A stretch of 63,999 nt of DNA, counting the filler, from Circinaria calcarea (taxonomy: Eukaryota), in assembly GCA_051942165.1 (NCBI GenBank). It is 18 parts of 18 records of this genome, joined end to end, with 100 filler letters (N's around TTAATTAATTAA, not from the genome) between each part and the next. Parts side by side here need not be neighbours in the genome. Positions count along the whole stretch, not along the records: positions 10,769 to 14,254 come from JAVECS010002800.1; positions 14,355 to 17,834 come from JAVECS010002801.1; positions 17,935 to 21,413 come from JAVECS010002802.1; positions 21,514 to 24,992 come from JAVECS010002803.1; 14 more parts are not named here. One strand, 5' to 3'. Each line of letters starts with the position of its first letter. The first letter of the stretch is position 1. Below the pieces are notes generated by a model. It had not been told where the DNA came from. It was given only the letters and a program-made list of their open reading frames with translations, and made no database searches. Of the stretch, positions 10,769 through 25,092 are shown piece by piece. The position numbers were made by a program, and so were the translations under genes.

Positions 10769-11891
10769 TTATCATCGATCAGTCTCATATTTAGTAAACT
10801 GGTATAGAGAAACGACTTACTCCAGTTTGAGTGTCGATTTTGCCGAAGTCGTTGGGGGTGTAGCGAAGCTTTTTGAGAGCCGAGCGCTGAGACTCTCGGT
10901 GTACGAATATTGCGGAACGTCCCCAGAGACCGGATCCTCGTACAGGGCATCATTCTCTTCTTCTGATAGACCACCTGCAAAAGTATCCTGCTCACGCTTG
11001 ATCCTCACCGGTCGGGACAGATGACTCTCGTCGTCATCTTCGTTTTCAGCAAACTTCAAACCGGGGGGAACCTTGAACTTTGCTGCACTCGTACGCGTCC
11101 GCTTCAGCTCGGTGCGATCCTCGGAGTCCTGTTTGCGCTTATGACTTTCGTAGGAGCTGTCCATCTCATCCTGGAGGCGCCGCGCAATGACCTTGTCCTT
11201 CCAATAGTCAAGATCGGGAGCGTCTAGAATGTCATGATAGGCATTTTTCAAGATTGGATCTCCTGTGGCATCACGCTTCTGCGTAATTTTCTGATAGTCT
11301 ATTGTTTGAAGACGCTTCCACGGAACCCAACAACTGGTGCATAAGTCAGCATCACTCGTCTTGGAAATCTTCGTCTTAGTCAATCATTTGGACTAGCAGA
11401 GCAGTAGAAGTCCTTTCTGAGCCAAGGCCGGAGCAGATAGGGACTTACAACTTTAGTCTCCCGAGATATAGCATCGGATAGATCTTTTCCCCTGGCGTCT
11501 TCCCATGAGGTCTGACCTCTTTCGGCCATTCACCGTTTACCCTCCGTGCCATCGTGGGCCTCTCCTTCCTGTTAAGATAGTTGGCCACCATATCTTCATC
11601 ACAGATGACTCCAGGCCAAGGCTCCTCACCATCCTTTTCGATGAGCCAATAGTCGCCCGGTTCAGCGTTCGCTTGAGCAAGTTTGAGAGTGATACCTTCG
11701 GCAGGAGTCGGGGTATACGGGCGTCCAACAATACCCTGCGACCGGCTGCCAAGCGAAGTCCGAACAGGGACTGTAGGACTACGGAAGTACCGCGCCTTGT
11801 GGCTAAAGCGTCGCTGTGGAGAGAATTTGAAGTTATTAGTAGCAGACGGGAGCCCTGGGTATATCTTGTTTGATGATCCCGGTACAATCAT
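10769..11891 (-). CDS. Divergent fungal PWWP-like domain protein, 3' truncated
   Basis: Removing intron 11334-11448 gives PWPGVICDEDMV...RP.MARR..G...IYPMLYLGRLKFCWVP, which parallels the fungal PWWP pattern WP..ICDEEML...FPVMFL.TNEFAW. Confidence 0.6.
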
Positions 11892-14354
11892 TGTGATGTA
11901 GATTTTGGTGACAGGATTTACATTCAATCAACTTGTAAGTAAGTTAATGGGTGAGCTTATGGCGAGAAGGGGCCCAGAATTACCGAGTTTATCGAGCTCT
12001 TGTGACTGGAGAGTGAGATGAAAACCCGCCTCGATGGAAGATGCGATGACGAACAAAACGTCTGCGGAGCAAGCCAGGGAACAACGAGAAAATCCTTGTG
12101 CTATGTTGCAAGTGAGCTTGAAACCATCGGAGCCAGTCAGTCAAGTAGAGAGTTATCCAATTAGATCAGAAGTGAGGATAGCTGAGATGAGTGAAGTGGT
12201 CAAGTCAAGGTGAGAACGAAACCGGGACGGACTCGAAGGTACGTTAAGACCAAATGATAGCAAGTTTGCAATACTCACCAAATCGAAGGCGCAATAGAAG
12301 AGTGCCGAAGCCTATGCGAGTGTCAGGTTGATGGCCAAGAAGAAACTGGAAATAGAGGTAGTTACATCAGCGCTATAACCCTACTAACGTTGTTCGAAGA
12401 CCAGCAACTGAGAATGGATGGACTTTGCTCCTTACAATCACTGTCGAAATAGTTTTTGTCGCGTACAGCGAGGCGTAAGTAAAGTTCATAATGAAGGCAA
12501 TGGATGAAGAGTGAATAGTAAGTGTTCACGTTCCCCTAAACAAGCAAGTAACAAGCCGCAATCGCCTTGTGCAATTCATCATTAAACAGTAAATGCATCC
12601 GAGTGGTCACCATCTTGACCCCTATTGGATACGCCGGTTACAGCAGCTAACTCCAACGTTGCTGGTTGCGGACTCTCGAACTCAGTCATGGAATTAAGAC
12701 TATCCCCGACATAATGAAAATAGTGTTGCAAAACTAAAATGATAGTGTTTACGACCAAAAGGCTATTGGCAATTCGAAATAGAGTAGTCCAATCCTTACT
12801 TCGGGAGGAAGGGCACGAAAGACGAATTCTCCTAGAGCTAGGAACTTCGGTCCAATCCAAGTGAAATGTAAGACGCAGACAACAGGGACGCTCAGGATCT
12901 CGATGAATACCAGCTGTGGCACTACCTAGCGTACGGAAAAATGGATAACCGTTGCCAGAACAAGAATACCTGCTGTGCGTGGCGGCTTAACTCAATCGAT
13001 CAACACTTCAATCACTCCAACGGCAAAAACCACCACAATCATCTGGAGGGCTAAGAGAGCATAGAGATAATTCAGGACTGGGAATAGGCTTGCTTGGTCG
13101 AATTGGATAAAGATGGGGATGAAAGGAGCGTGGAACAAGATAGTACTGAGGACGGAAAACGCTATTTGGGGACCACTTTTAGCTGGTAGACTGCAGAGTA
13201 GTCTCTCATAGTGAAGTTCATACCAGGCTCGTTGTAATGTCGGATAGTATCGTTGTCGCGAGGATGCTCGAGGTCCTCCAGTGCTAGCCACTGTTATCCC
13301 TCTATGAGCAAGCTGATGCTTGTATGTGGAGGATGTCGTGTACAAAGCTAATCTAGTAGTAGACGACCTGCAACATGAAGCTGAGGTAGCTGCCATAGAA
13401 GTGAAGCTGATCGGTTTGCTCCGTGTACACTCGCATAACAATAGGGATGAACTGCGAAATAATAGTCATTTACGCAGCTATGGCGCCCCAGGCGTACCCT
13501 GATTCTGGGTGTCCCGCCGTGATTGATGGGCCCGAAGGAATATAGAATGGTCGTACGGACGCCAAGTTCGTTGTTGGGACGGCACTATAGCTTCAGCCAT
13601 AATTGTATTGTAACTCTGATCAAAATGCTATGCCGTAGTAAATATGTGAGCGAAATGGGTAGAGAGACGAACCATAAGGAATCAAGAAGAGAAGCAATGG
13701 TAATTATAGAGATGGGAAAACATAGTTTCGACATAGCTAACGTTTTAGTAATGCAGAAGGAGAAAGCGCAGAGCACGAAGAACTTGGCCCTTTCACTCGG
13801 GAAAGATCGTTCGGAACTGGTGATGAGGAAGGATGCCCATTAGAGTCCGCTTCATTGCCAGTCCCAAATAGCTTGATCCTTTTCCTCCATGTCCAGATCG
13901 TGAAGCAAAGGTAACCAGATGGCCTTTGACTAATGGAGAACAGCATTATGACTCTCAAGTCTATACAGCCTCACGCAGCTGATCATTTATGCGTTCACTG
14001 CGAGGAGAATCCACGGCATCCTGCGAGTACTCAGTACGAGTAGGGAAGTTGTGAAGGACAAATGCGTCGAGGCGCCACACCACGCGCCAAAAGCTCAACG
14101 TCAGCCCTACCATATCCACCTCGCCTAGCCAAGCGCGACGTCGCAACAGCCAAACCTCTTGTCAATTGATAGCTCAAACTCATAAAACATCTACCCAGCA
14201 ATCACCACCCCCCCCCCAAACCGCTAGTAACCCACTTCTCCCTCATCAACAGCCNNNNNNNNNNNNNNNNNNNNNNNNNNNNNNNNNNNNNNNNNNNNTT
14301 AATTAATTAANNNNNNNNNNNNNNNNNNNNNNNNNNNNNNNNNNNNNNNNNNNN

Positions 14355-14785
14355 CGTGTGTGATCTTACAGCTGCAGATGGGATCGCCACGTTACTCTTC
14401 AGAAATAAGCCCAAGACCCTCAATAACTTTCTGGACTCGAAAAACCGCACATTCTCATTCGATGGTCGGCCAGTGTCACCTTGCTGCAGTTTCACTGGTA
14501 TCTTCGAGGTGACGGTATATCCTTCCCTGCCCTGTTACCGAGAAGTGGATACTCATGCCTCTACAGTGCGGATTCTACAACAATAGGAAAAAGAACGATT
14601 GGGATCTAAAACTCAGATTTAGCATCGGCTATTCCGGGAAATGGATTCCGTTGCGTGTAGAAGATCCTGGGAGCATGCTTGATTTGGATGAAAACGAGGA
14701 GGATGACAATGGAGGGTCCTTTGCTGCGGCTATCTTCGCTCACAAGCTCTGGAGGAGCCATGATACAAAGATAGTAGTATCTTAA
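14355..14785 (+). CDS. Hypothetical protein, C-terminal fragment
   Basis: Two overlapping ORFs can be joined by a GT..AG intron at about 14516-14566. Confidence 0.4.
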
Positions 14786-15523
14786 GAAGCGCAGTAACCC
14801 CCCTCTTTCATACATCATTGTTGAGATGAAACTCGAGAAGATCATAACACCTAATAACTCCCTTCAAGGTCTTATACCGGCTCGCCCCTCCGCTTTGATT
14901 TAGCCTAATGCCGGAAGAGAGCGGATTGAGCGAGTGCAGTTTTGGCGGTTCAAATATCTAATGAAGGCATAAACATGGGCTTGAGTAAGGTAAGAATGAA
15001 TAGCTTAAGCGCTATCATTGTCTCTCACGACGCATATGAAATCGATGGAAGGGCGAATAGGGGTACTCAAGGCGATGTCCTAGACACAGTCTTCGATACA
15101 TGTCGCTAAATGGCATAGTGGGTATAACCAGAGTGCAATTCTTATAATGCCGTCTTAAGTCAACCTGAGTATCTGACAACGGGTTCAAGAAACAAGAAAC
15201 ATATGTCCTCATTTCGTGGCGACTATATAGAGACTGTGGGCAATCATAGCTATAGATCACCCCAAGATCCCAAGAGGTATACCCTGATGACCGCGCCGGA
15301 ACGCGCTCGCTCTCCTCCCCAAGACCGAACCTGCTCCCATATATATACCCTAAGATGACCACCTAGACTCATACTATTTCCTTCGCATCAGCTCTCATGT
15401 CCATGATCTGAATTTTGCAAGGGAGGAGCCTTGGATCCTTGCGTGGCTAGTCTAGACTTTAGCTATCAGCTTACAAGTTGGCGTCATCAAATACCTCCGA
15501 GAGCTTACCTATAATATACCAGT

Positions 15524-16326
15524 TTAAGTCTCTCCAAGGAAGTTAAGATCGATCCAATCTGTCACATCTAATCCAAGCCCATCTAGTCCTGCCCTCACCA
15601 TCTCTTTGCCAAATACTTCCACCATCGCACGCACTGCCTCTTCACGGGCTTCGGTTGGGAGCTTTCTCAGGATGCCGTAGAACTCGGCGAGAGCATTCTT
15701 CTTGGCTCGGATCCGATGCATTTTGTTGCACACCTTGCCCTTGAGTTTTTCGGGATGAATACTTTCATCCCACCCTGCATCGTCAAAGAGGGCCTTTAAT
15801 TCGTCCACAGCTTGTTCCATCATGCGGCAGGAGTCCCTTTGGGTGCTCTTATAATGGAAGAAGCTGTTCGCGACCATGAAGTTTTCTAGCTTGCGCTCTG
15901 CGTGGTCAGGCCAATTCTTTCTACCCTGACCAGTGTCAGTACGTGCCAAAAATTTAGAAGCCGCGGATACTCACCTCAAGCCAGCTGGTTGAGATAGAGC
16001 GAGGCGATTGTTTTCCGCTGAACTGATGCGTGTTCGCATGGTTGCTGGCGAGCCTTGTGCTGTCAGCTTCTGTAGCCCCGGTAAACGAACGTCCAGACAT
16101 CGAGTAGGTCGCAATGTGTCATATAATGATCTTTAAACGGATAGTAGTTGTGGGTAATCTACTTGAGCTTATTTGTTGACATTGACTCCTTGGGGACGGT
16201 GCTACGGAAGATCAAGTCGTAGATCAATTGATGGTGACAGCTTTCCTCCGTAAAGTTTCGCGAAGTTATAGTTCGTGCGGGGTCCATTGGATATGTTTGT
16301 GATTCGTATGAAGGTGTCGCCGCCAT
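15524..16326 (-). CDS. Hypothetical protein
   Basis: 141-aa terminal ORF with an upstream GTGAGT...CTGAC...CAG intron; start uncertain. Confidence 0.4.
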
Positions 16327-17132
16327 GTTTCTATGTTGAGCTGGCTCGAACTGATAAAATGAGGGTGAATGAAGGTAGGCAGAGACATGGTCAGAACTTC
16401 ACCGCAATCGTCCATCCTGTAATGCAGTTGGTTATAGGTGGATAGATGGGCGATTTAAAGTCCCGCTAATTGTGAGGCCGCAAAGGGTTTTAATAGAGGT
16501 AGTCCAATGCAAAGGAAGGAGAAATGAAGCAAGGGACGTGAAGTTGTTCAACCGGGGAGGCTGAGCAATTATTCACCGAAGACCGGTCTCCACCGGGGCT
16601 CAGTAGTGAAAAGAGTGATTGGTCAATTTTTGTTTTTCATCTCCGGTGAAGCCCTCCCGCCGCTAATATCGTGTACCCAATCACGCACTTGAGAAAAAAA
16701 CCGGCAACCCTGACAGTAATCACTCGCTAAATCTCGCTAAATATTCACCTCTAGATTTGTGGGCCCCCTCCAATGTTGGTGGTCCCATGCCTGAATCCCA
16801 GGCTGGAAGGGTGAGTAACTACCGCTGGGGGTGATGGGGGTTGCCGTTTTCTGTCAAGCGCGTGCCAATCATCAAACAAACGTATGGGCCAGAATAACGG
16901 AGTAGGCGGTAACAATACGGTCGAGGCAAATCTATAGCTCTTTTCTTTGGCAACGGCGAGAGAGCTTATTGGCATCTATGGTTTGCAAATGCACAAGAGA
17001 GATAGACCCTTTAGGTGATTGGAAAGCATCAAATAGGCCGGATTCACTAATATTCCGGAGCTATTCAATATATCATGATTCAGGACGACGTAGCGCAAGA
17101 AAATCCCCAATTCCGTATGTAACATTTCCCCA

Positions 17133-17834
17133 ATGGATAACAACGATCCCACAAATGTAGACAATCACCTCCTCGCTCGTTTGAACGCCCTGAAAACATC
17201 AAGGAGTTCGCTCGACCCCTCCCGGTAACTTGCACCCTCCGCCGCACTTCATGCACAGTGCTGACTGACCAAGCTCACTCGATATGTTAGACCAACCTTC
17301 GATGATAATCCTTCGAGCTCAAAGCATGCAAGTAAACAGCAGGATGAAGACCTTACCAAGCGATTCCAACGATTGACCGGCTCGAAGAATACCTTAACCA
17401 AACCCCAGTCTCCATTCCTACCCCCGGAGAAGGAGTTTACACTCGACGAAGACGACGGGAAAACAGTAGAGGAGATCCTCGCCGAGCTAGGTCCGGAAGA
17501 CCAATGGACACTCGACCCCGACGACTCGAATGAGATACAAAAGCTGCTTGACGAAGCGCGGAGTGCTTTACCGGCGACCCCTAATGTCCTCAAAGAAAAC
17601 TCTCATACAGCGTCTGGAGCTCCAACCGACGACACTACAGCCCCCGCCTCCAAAACCGCCTCACCTTCCCCACCATCTCCGAATTCAGACTCAGCAATCA
17701 TCGCAGAGCTTGATGCCCCTCTAACCGAAGACCAAGAAGCCGCCCTCTACCTTCAAAGTATCCTCGACGACCTCTCCCTGGACCCGCCCTCGCCTTCTAC
17801 ATCCCCATCTGCCTCACCCACAACCCTCCTCCCC
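17133..17834 (+). CDS. Conserved fungal protein, ZFYVE19/ANCHR-like, 5' part
   Basis: LLARLNALK, DLTKRF and KTVEEILAELGPEDQW motifs; one intron; C-terminal Cys domain lost at the contig end. Confidence 0.6.
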
Positions 17835-18406
17835 NNNNNNNNNNNNNNNNNNNNNNNNNNNNNNNNNNNNNNNNNNNNTTAATTAATTAANNNNNNNNNN
17901 NNNNNNNNNNNNNNNNNNNNNNNNNNNNNNNNNNATCCCCCCCCCCCCCCCGGGGCCCCCAAATAAGCATTCGAAACCAAACGAGCAACCCACGAGCGAA
18001 AGAAATTACCCGAAACGACCTCATGCGTCTTTCAAATGAATTTCTTCCAAATGGCCTCCCAGGACCCAACCACCCCCTATCACCCTATAACTTTTGTTTT
18101 CTCGAGAGCGGCCCGCGTGTCAGATTTTAGCGTGTCCTCGCTAAAAATTCCCCAAGACGAGGCGCAGCTGTAGGATCAACAAGTATTCCGTACCTTTATA
18201 GACTAAGGTAAGGTACACTGGGGGCCATGGGGGTGGAGGGTTGGTATAGATAAAGAAAAAAAAGGCCGCCGCACGTTTCTGCATTCATTCAACCTTCACT
18301 CCGGGCTCCAAGGGGAATCATAGTCAGGAATCGAGAAAGGCCTTTGTGGTTCGTTTACGCGTCATTATCATATCATACGTGACCGAACGCGAAAAGGGCC
18401 CCAGAC

Positions 18407-19328
18407 ATGTCGAATCAACACCAGTACCACCCAGCTCCAATCCTGCTCTCCTCTCGCCCAAACTCGCCCGATCCAAAGCAATTCGCAAGTTTGGGGTACT
18501 ATCCCGTGTCCTCGGCGCAACACCTAGAGACGCTCCATCGAAAAGACTCTGTATGTATCCCTTTCCCACCATGATTGTAAAATGCTAATCCCTCCCGCCA
18601 AATTGCTAGAACCTGAAACGCAACATCCGTATCCTGAAGCTAATCGCCCGCGTGCTGACCCTCCTGCTCTCCGTCTACACCACCTACTCCGAAACCCTCA
18701 CCCTCGACAAATACCTTACAACCAGGCGTATCATCATCAACGGTCGCAATGCCTGGGCTGCCCAGACCAAGATATGGCCCACAGCTCTTCTTCTCAGTAT
18801 CTCCGTTGCGACAGTGATAGCGAGCTTGATCACAGTGGGCATGTACCTCCGCGGGGTTAAGCAGGCAAATAAGGCCAGTGACACTGTTGGGACGGCGACA
18901 AGTGTAGGGGGAGCTGTGGCAAATATGATTATATGGATAAGTACGGCTGTGGCGTACCGGGTTGGGTGAGTAATGTTTCAGGGCGAGTTGAGGATTCCCC
19001 AAAGATTGCTAACCGTCGGTCAACAGGAAGGACGGACACGATTTGTGGGGTTGGTCTTGCAGCCCGAAAGCGGACACCATCCAGAATCAATTTGAGAAGG
19101 TGATCAATTTCAACAGATACTGTGATATTCAGGTTGGTCCTTTGCCTGGAGTCTCCGTTCGATGGCGCTAACAGGCTGGGCATATAGTCTGCATCGTGGG
19201 TAGTGAGTATGGCGCAAGCGATCTTGCAGATTGTGACCATGACGATATATATCTTGACGTATAGGAGGATGAAACAAAAAAAGTCAATAGAGAAGCAAGC
19301 GAACATGCTGGAGCCGGTATTAAGTTGA
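18407..19328 (+). CDS. Conserved fungal multi-pass membrane protein
   Basis: Four exons, several hydrophobic segments, DLWGWSCS...INFNRYC motif. Confidence 0.7.
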
Positions 19329-19570
19329 CAAACAGCTGTTTCCAATCCTGTGTCCCAGGACCAATTCCTTTAATCAACGTTTGGCGAAAATGGTTTCTTC
19401 ACACGGGGTAGTAGCCGTTGGGCGTCTATACCTGTGACTATATCGAACCATACCTGTTGCATCAGATCAAGACAATGACCATATCGGATGGTCAAAAAGA
19501 AGTCAGTTGTCGAGGCTCGGGTTTTGATGGTCATAGTAGATTGTAGTGTGGATGAGACGGTATTGCTTTC

Positions 19571-21264
19571 TCAGCCAATTCTTTTCTCTAGCTTTCTCAA
19601 AAACCGGTTGACCCCTTTCTCATATTTTTCAGCTTTTTGCTCAAGCTTACCAGGTTGTTGACCCGGACTAGATCCAGAAGCTCCCGAGTTTCTATGACGG
19701 TGATGTCGTGATTCCTCCTCTGTTGGTCTGTAAACCTGGCTATGGATCTCTTGATCTTGGTTGTGGGAGTGGTGCCCGTGATGGCGGTGTGGTTCATCAT
19801 ACTTGTAATCCGAATAACTTCCTATTGGCTGCTGCGGTGGAGTATGCGAAGCAAGATAGTCCGCATACTGAGGTTGCAGGTGCTGTAATGGTTGTGGAGG
19901 CGGCGCGACATATGAACTTCCGAGAATTTGGACTGTCGGGGACTCTAGGGGTGCTGCGCCTTGACTGTAAAGATGTGCATTAGAATCGTGGGTATGGGAA
20001 ATAGAGGACGGCCTCATAAGCTGCATTTGCGATTGTGCTGCACTTCCGGGTCCGCTGGCTGAACCACTTGAAGCAGCATGATGCGGAAAATATGGATTAA
20101 TAGGTGGGCTTTGCACTGGAGGTGCTTGCGGAGATGACATGCTCGATGCCCGGTGACCTTGCGAGAAGGGCGACTGCGGATCAAATCCAGAAGATGATGG
20201 TGAAGTGTATCCGGAGGATGCGTAATGACTCTGAGCTCCAACGGGTTGCGAAGACTGTGCATGGCTTCCTGGCGGTGGTGGTGGTGGTGGGGGAAGGGAG
20301 GTAAGCGGTTGTTGCGCATGACCATGTAGCTGATCTTGATATGCAGCTGCAGCGAGCCCAGTACCTACGATAGCTTCTGGCGGTGGAGGTGTTTTCTCCC
20401 GATGTTTTATGGGCTCCGGCGCCGCAGGAGCAGCAGGATTATAGGCTAATGGTGCATAAGACTTCTTCTCCTCTTTACTTGCTAAAGGTGTATGTGCTTT
20501 GGCGGGTTCCTCCACTGTAGAAGGACGTGGAAGCGTAGGAATAGAGGCAGTCCGTGAATTGCGAGTATTGCCATTATGATAGGCTGGATCAGTGATAGCA
20601 ATGCTCTCAAGCTGCTGCACAACCGGACTCATCAAACCAACGGTGGGAGCTGGCGTTGGCGGTGCATCGAGAATTTCAAGCTGCTCCTGCTTTAACGTTT
20701 TCTGAATGTTGCCCACGAAGGCCCCGGCGTCCTCATTAGTCCAGAAGTAGAGGTCAAATGTATGAAGCCGGAAGAGGAAGTTCCCTTCATCTCGCGGATC
20801 TGTACTTGGCAGTCGCCAGTGATGTTCCGAACGTGTTTTACTGGTGGGCTGGGGTGTACTCCCAGCTTGATATCCGTCCACTACTATAGTACACAAAGTT
20901 GGGTGTTTGTGAGACCGTCGGATTTTAGATGTATCGAGGTCTTGATCCTTATTAGCCCCTGTTGTTATGCTCCCCGGTTGCCCAACCGTAGGGTCACTTA
21001 CACCCAGTGAATGCATCTTGTTCAGGAGTGCCTGCATGATTTGCTATCTCCAGTCTGCCCCGTTTGTTGATGGCATCTCGGTATAAATAGACATAAGATG
21101 CCTTGTCAAACCTGTGGTGCAGCGGCCGTGCAACTGGTTCAGCAAAATAGTAATGAACATCCGCGAATCTATTGTTGGGAATGCTGTTAGTAAACTTCAC
21201 AATGGTGCAGTGATCTGACCAGCGCTTACAATGTGAGGAGACGTTCTTCGTTTATATTAGACAT
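19571..21264 (-). CDS. Conserved fungal hypothetical protein, Pro/Gln-rich
   Basis: VHYYF...HHRFDKASYVYLY, YNPAAPAAPEPIKHREKTPPP, IHSQVYRPTE, EKGVNRFLRKLEKRIG; two introns. Confidence 0.8.
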
Positions 21265-21513
21265 CTTCGATCAGCATGTAGTAAAGGTTGTAGTAGAGTC
21301 AATTGAGTGTGTGTTGGCGTATTTGCTAATAGGACTGTATAGCAAGAGAAGAGAAGTGAGCATGCGTCAGTATCGGAAGTGACGGTCTACGCTGTGAGGC
21401 GCATTGGTTGAGCNNNNNNNNNNNNNNNNNNNNNNNNNNNNNNNNNNNNNNNNNNNNTTAATTAATTAANNNNNNNNNNNNNNNNNNNNNNNNNNNNNNN
21501 NNNNNNNNNNNNN

Positions 21514-24168
21514 GGATGGAGGCTCGAGATGCGTCTGCACAGGGAGTGGGGTGGGAGCTTTTGAGGGGGACTGGGTTGGCGAAGGAGGAGGTTGTGGTGG
21601 CTTTTGTAGTGTAGGTTGCTGCAGGTGCGATAATGGGTGTGGGGAAGCCTGTGATAGAGGCTGCTCTTGGGCGGGTCGTCGAAGGATCTGCGGTTGGAAG
21701 ATTTTTGGTGACTCTTTCTTCTGTGACTTAGTGCTCGTAGGGGGCAGGACCGGGGTCGGACCTATGAGTTGCGTCTTCGGAAAAGGTTGTCTGGTTATTT
21801 CCGTTGCCTGAAGTGGTTTAAGTGGTGCTCCTGTGCGAGATAGAATTCTGAAAGGAGTGATGTGCTGCGGCTTGGTCAAATGGCCTGGCTCACGTGCAGC
21901 GCCGATTCCAGATGTAGCACCAGTTACTTTCTTTGCAATCCTGTCGAACTGCGGCACATTCAGCGGGCCAGTAACGGTAGCTGATACAGGTGCCTTTGCC
22001 AATGTAGCCGTGGTAATCTCGTGTCTTTTCTTAATCGCCACTTTCCCATTCGATACCGGCTTTGATATATTCATCACCTTAGCCTGATTGACTTCTGAGG
22101 TGACTCTGGAATGGCTGGGACTTGGGAATGCAGAGAGCTCAATTGGCGCTGATGGCGGTTCAAGGGTTGTTGGTGTCTTGTGAGCAGTGTCGGAATTAGA
22201 CATGGGCGAAGTGCGAAAGAGGTTAAGAAGCGCATCTTGTTGCTGCGTTCGCACGACTGGTGCGCCATTGGATTCGGTGTTCAGTGGCTTCGGGGGTCCT
22301 TCACTCCGATTTTCGCCTAATGGAATGCTATCTGCTGAATAGGGTTTAGCCGATGAAGGTGCCGAAACGTGGTGCCGGTCTGCTATGTTGTTGATGTCGC
22401 TTTGAACTGTGGTCTTTCCAGCTGATTTGGGGTCCGAGAAGGGTGAGGTGCCAGATTTGAAGATGTTTAACAAAGTGGAGGTATGCGAAGTGAGCTTTGG
22501 GGGTGGCAGCTTGCTGGCTGGGGGAATCGACGGATAGTGATCGCTGGGAAATCGAGGTGCCTGGGTAAAGTATGGATCACCAGTACGTTGATAAGGCGCT
22601 GGTACTTGACGAGCAGACTGTGCTGAAAGATATGCTGATTGTTGAAAATGATGAGGCACCATGGGGTGTTGTTTTGCTTGTGGGTAAATTGCAGAAGGAT
22701 ACTGCCCGGTTTTCGAACCGGGGGAGGGCCAATCAGCAAGCGGCCTGCTCGGCTGCTGCGCAGAAAACCTTCCTACCTGGTCCGGAGAGAAGGGGAAAGA
22801 AGGCGGAGGAGAGCGCCTACTCGTCTGTTGTGCTGCCGGTAATTGTTGCTGCGGTATCCTGGGTATTGATGGGAGCTCCATAACCTCATCAAATGGTTTT
22901 TGAAGTTTGCCATAAAGCATGGGGTACTTATCACCTAACGTACCATCAGTACGTAATGTAGAGAGCATAGCATTCGCCTGAGCGGTAGTATCAGGCGTCG
23001 TTCTGGAATCTTCGTGGGTGTCCGCATCGGTTCGAATACTAGGCGCAGTAGTTGGAACCTGCAGAAGTTCCTTAAGCTGAAGTGAAGCATCTCTTGCCAC
23101 ATGCATTGGCTCGGACACCTCAGGTAGGTCGCTAACAGATGGTTTAGAACCTTGCCTCCTTAGGTTGGCCAAGAGTCTGCTCATATTATCTTCAGGAGAA
23201 GTCTCGGGGGAAACGCTCGGCAAATGATCTTCTTCGATGAGTTCTGCCTTTTCACTAACAACTGGCGCCTGTTCGGACAATACAGACTTCTTGACATGAT
23301 CTTGCTTCTTTTGCTGTATGATCCACTTCTTCAGAGGAACAAGAAAGGGAGCGACCATGTAGAATTTATTCGCATTGACTGCGAGGTCTTCCCCCCGGCC
23401 GTCTTGTTGGTGCTGTTTGGACTTCTTCAAAGTAGGAAGCTCGGAAAGCTTATACCATTGAATTTTACTGATTTCTTTCCTTGTGCGAGGCTCAAAGCAC
23501 GTATCCATGGGCACATTCCTAAACACATAGAGTCGCATATGCTGCTCCCGCATAGTAATCTCGATGTATTTGGCGTCTTCTTCCTCCCCGACCAAGCCTG
23601 CGCCCTGAATATCAAACCCCGTTTCCTCGTAAACTTCTCGAACGGCGCAATCAAGATCCTTTTCATCCTTGTTGATTTTCCCCCTTGGGAAACTCCAATT
23701 AGCGCCTTTCTTCCAACCTTTAACTAGAACCACTTCATCCATAGCTTCGTTGAGCATGATAGCTCCCCGCACCGGCACGCGCGTCTTGTAGGCGAGAAAC
23801 TCCGAAAATGCGGTAGAGTGGTGATAGGGGGAAAATCCAGAAAGTAAAGGGCAGTGTTGGAATATCCGTAAACAAAATTGCCGTAGATTGAGCGAAGGAA
23901 GGTTCGGGTCGAGAGGTCGGATAAAATCCTCGTAAAACCACTGCGCTTCTTCGACCTGAAAGCATATTCGCTCGACCGATTCCAGCTCCTCTTTGGGTAG
24001 ATTGACAATAAATCGCACGCACAAATCATCCAGCCCTGGAGGTGACGGTCAGTACACAATGGGCCATCGCTAATCGTACCTGACCACGAAGCCCTGTCGT
24101 CTCTGTCTATGGCCGGCGCAAGAATCTACCAACTTACAATCGACCAGCTGCATCTTTGTCTCTGTCAT
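21514..24168 (-). CDS. DCP2: mRNA decapping enzyme Dcp2, 3' truncated
   Basis: Box A WLDDLCVRFIVNLP...EEAQWFYEDF, Nudix box GKINKDE...AVREVYEETG, long tail with LLxLF-type helical motifs. Confidence 0.96.
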
Positions 24169-24847
24169 ACTGAATCGCCCGCGTCAACATTCTCCACGCC
24201 AGTCGGTATGTCCAGGACAATGCGTGCGGTACTCTGTAGGCACACGGAGTGCGGATATGACCGTACGTAGCAGATGGGGACACCCGTTGGGTAACTACGA
24301 GAAGGATACTGTCAAAGACCAGGTAAAGGATTCCGAACGCGACTAGCCGATGCTGTGTAGATGTGAGAGGTGATGGTCGGTGAACGATGTTGTTCGTCAG
24401 ACACGTGCCAATAGGCTAACACGCCTGCATGCAGAGTCATGGAAATATATGGCTTAGCGCCCATTCCATCCCCCCTGCTCTAGGCCCTCCCTGACGTCGT
24501 CTTTCGCCGCGCGGTAAACAAGGTCCAGTGAAGGGTCGTGGTGAACAATCCAAGAAATTCATCTGCGACAGGAGGTCGACCAACCATATAAACCATGCAT
24601 CACCCAGACCTTCTCCCTGACCTCTTTCACTCTCTGACAATACCAAAATACATCAGCGACACGCTTTAGACGGTCTTTATAATTTCAGTTAATACATAAG
24701 ACCCAGAAGGCAAAGAACTCTGACTCAAACATCGGTCCTTCCAAGATTGTTCCAAATACCAGACAATACCAAACGCCTGCTTGACCTCACTCTACACTTT
24801 TGTCCATCGATCAACCCTGCCTTTCATCTCCTCGTCCAGCCTTCAGC

Positions 24848-24992
24848 ATGGCGAGTCTTATTGCGAAAACCGTCAGCAAACGTCTTCTCAAGGAGCATGC
24901 CGGTAACAACTTCGGCAAGAGTGTAAGACTCCGTTCCCTCTCGATATTTCGATAACATGCTAAAGAAACTGCGTAGGATCCAATGTTCGATC
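24848..24992 (+). CDS. DUF4112-like protein, N-terminal fragment
   Basis: MASLIAKTVSKRLLKEHAGNNFGKS/DPMFD across one intron. Confidence 0.55.
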
Positions 24993-25092
24993 NNNNNNNN
25001 NNNNNNNNNNNNNNNNNNNNNNNNNNNNNNNNNNNNTTAATTAATTAANNNNNNNNNNNNNNNNNNNNNNNNNNNNNNNNNNNNNNNNNNNN

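Noticed and set aside
12991..14100. Stop-riddled reading frames as a transposon or pseudogene remnant
   Set aside because: No recognisable domain motif, so it cannot be assigned.
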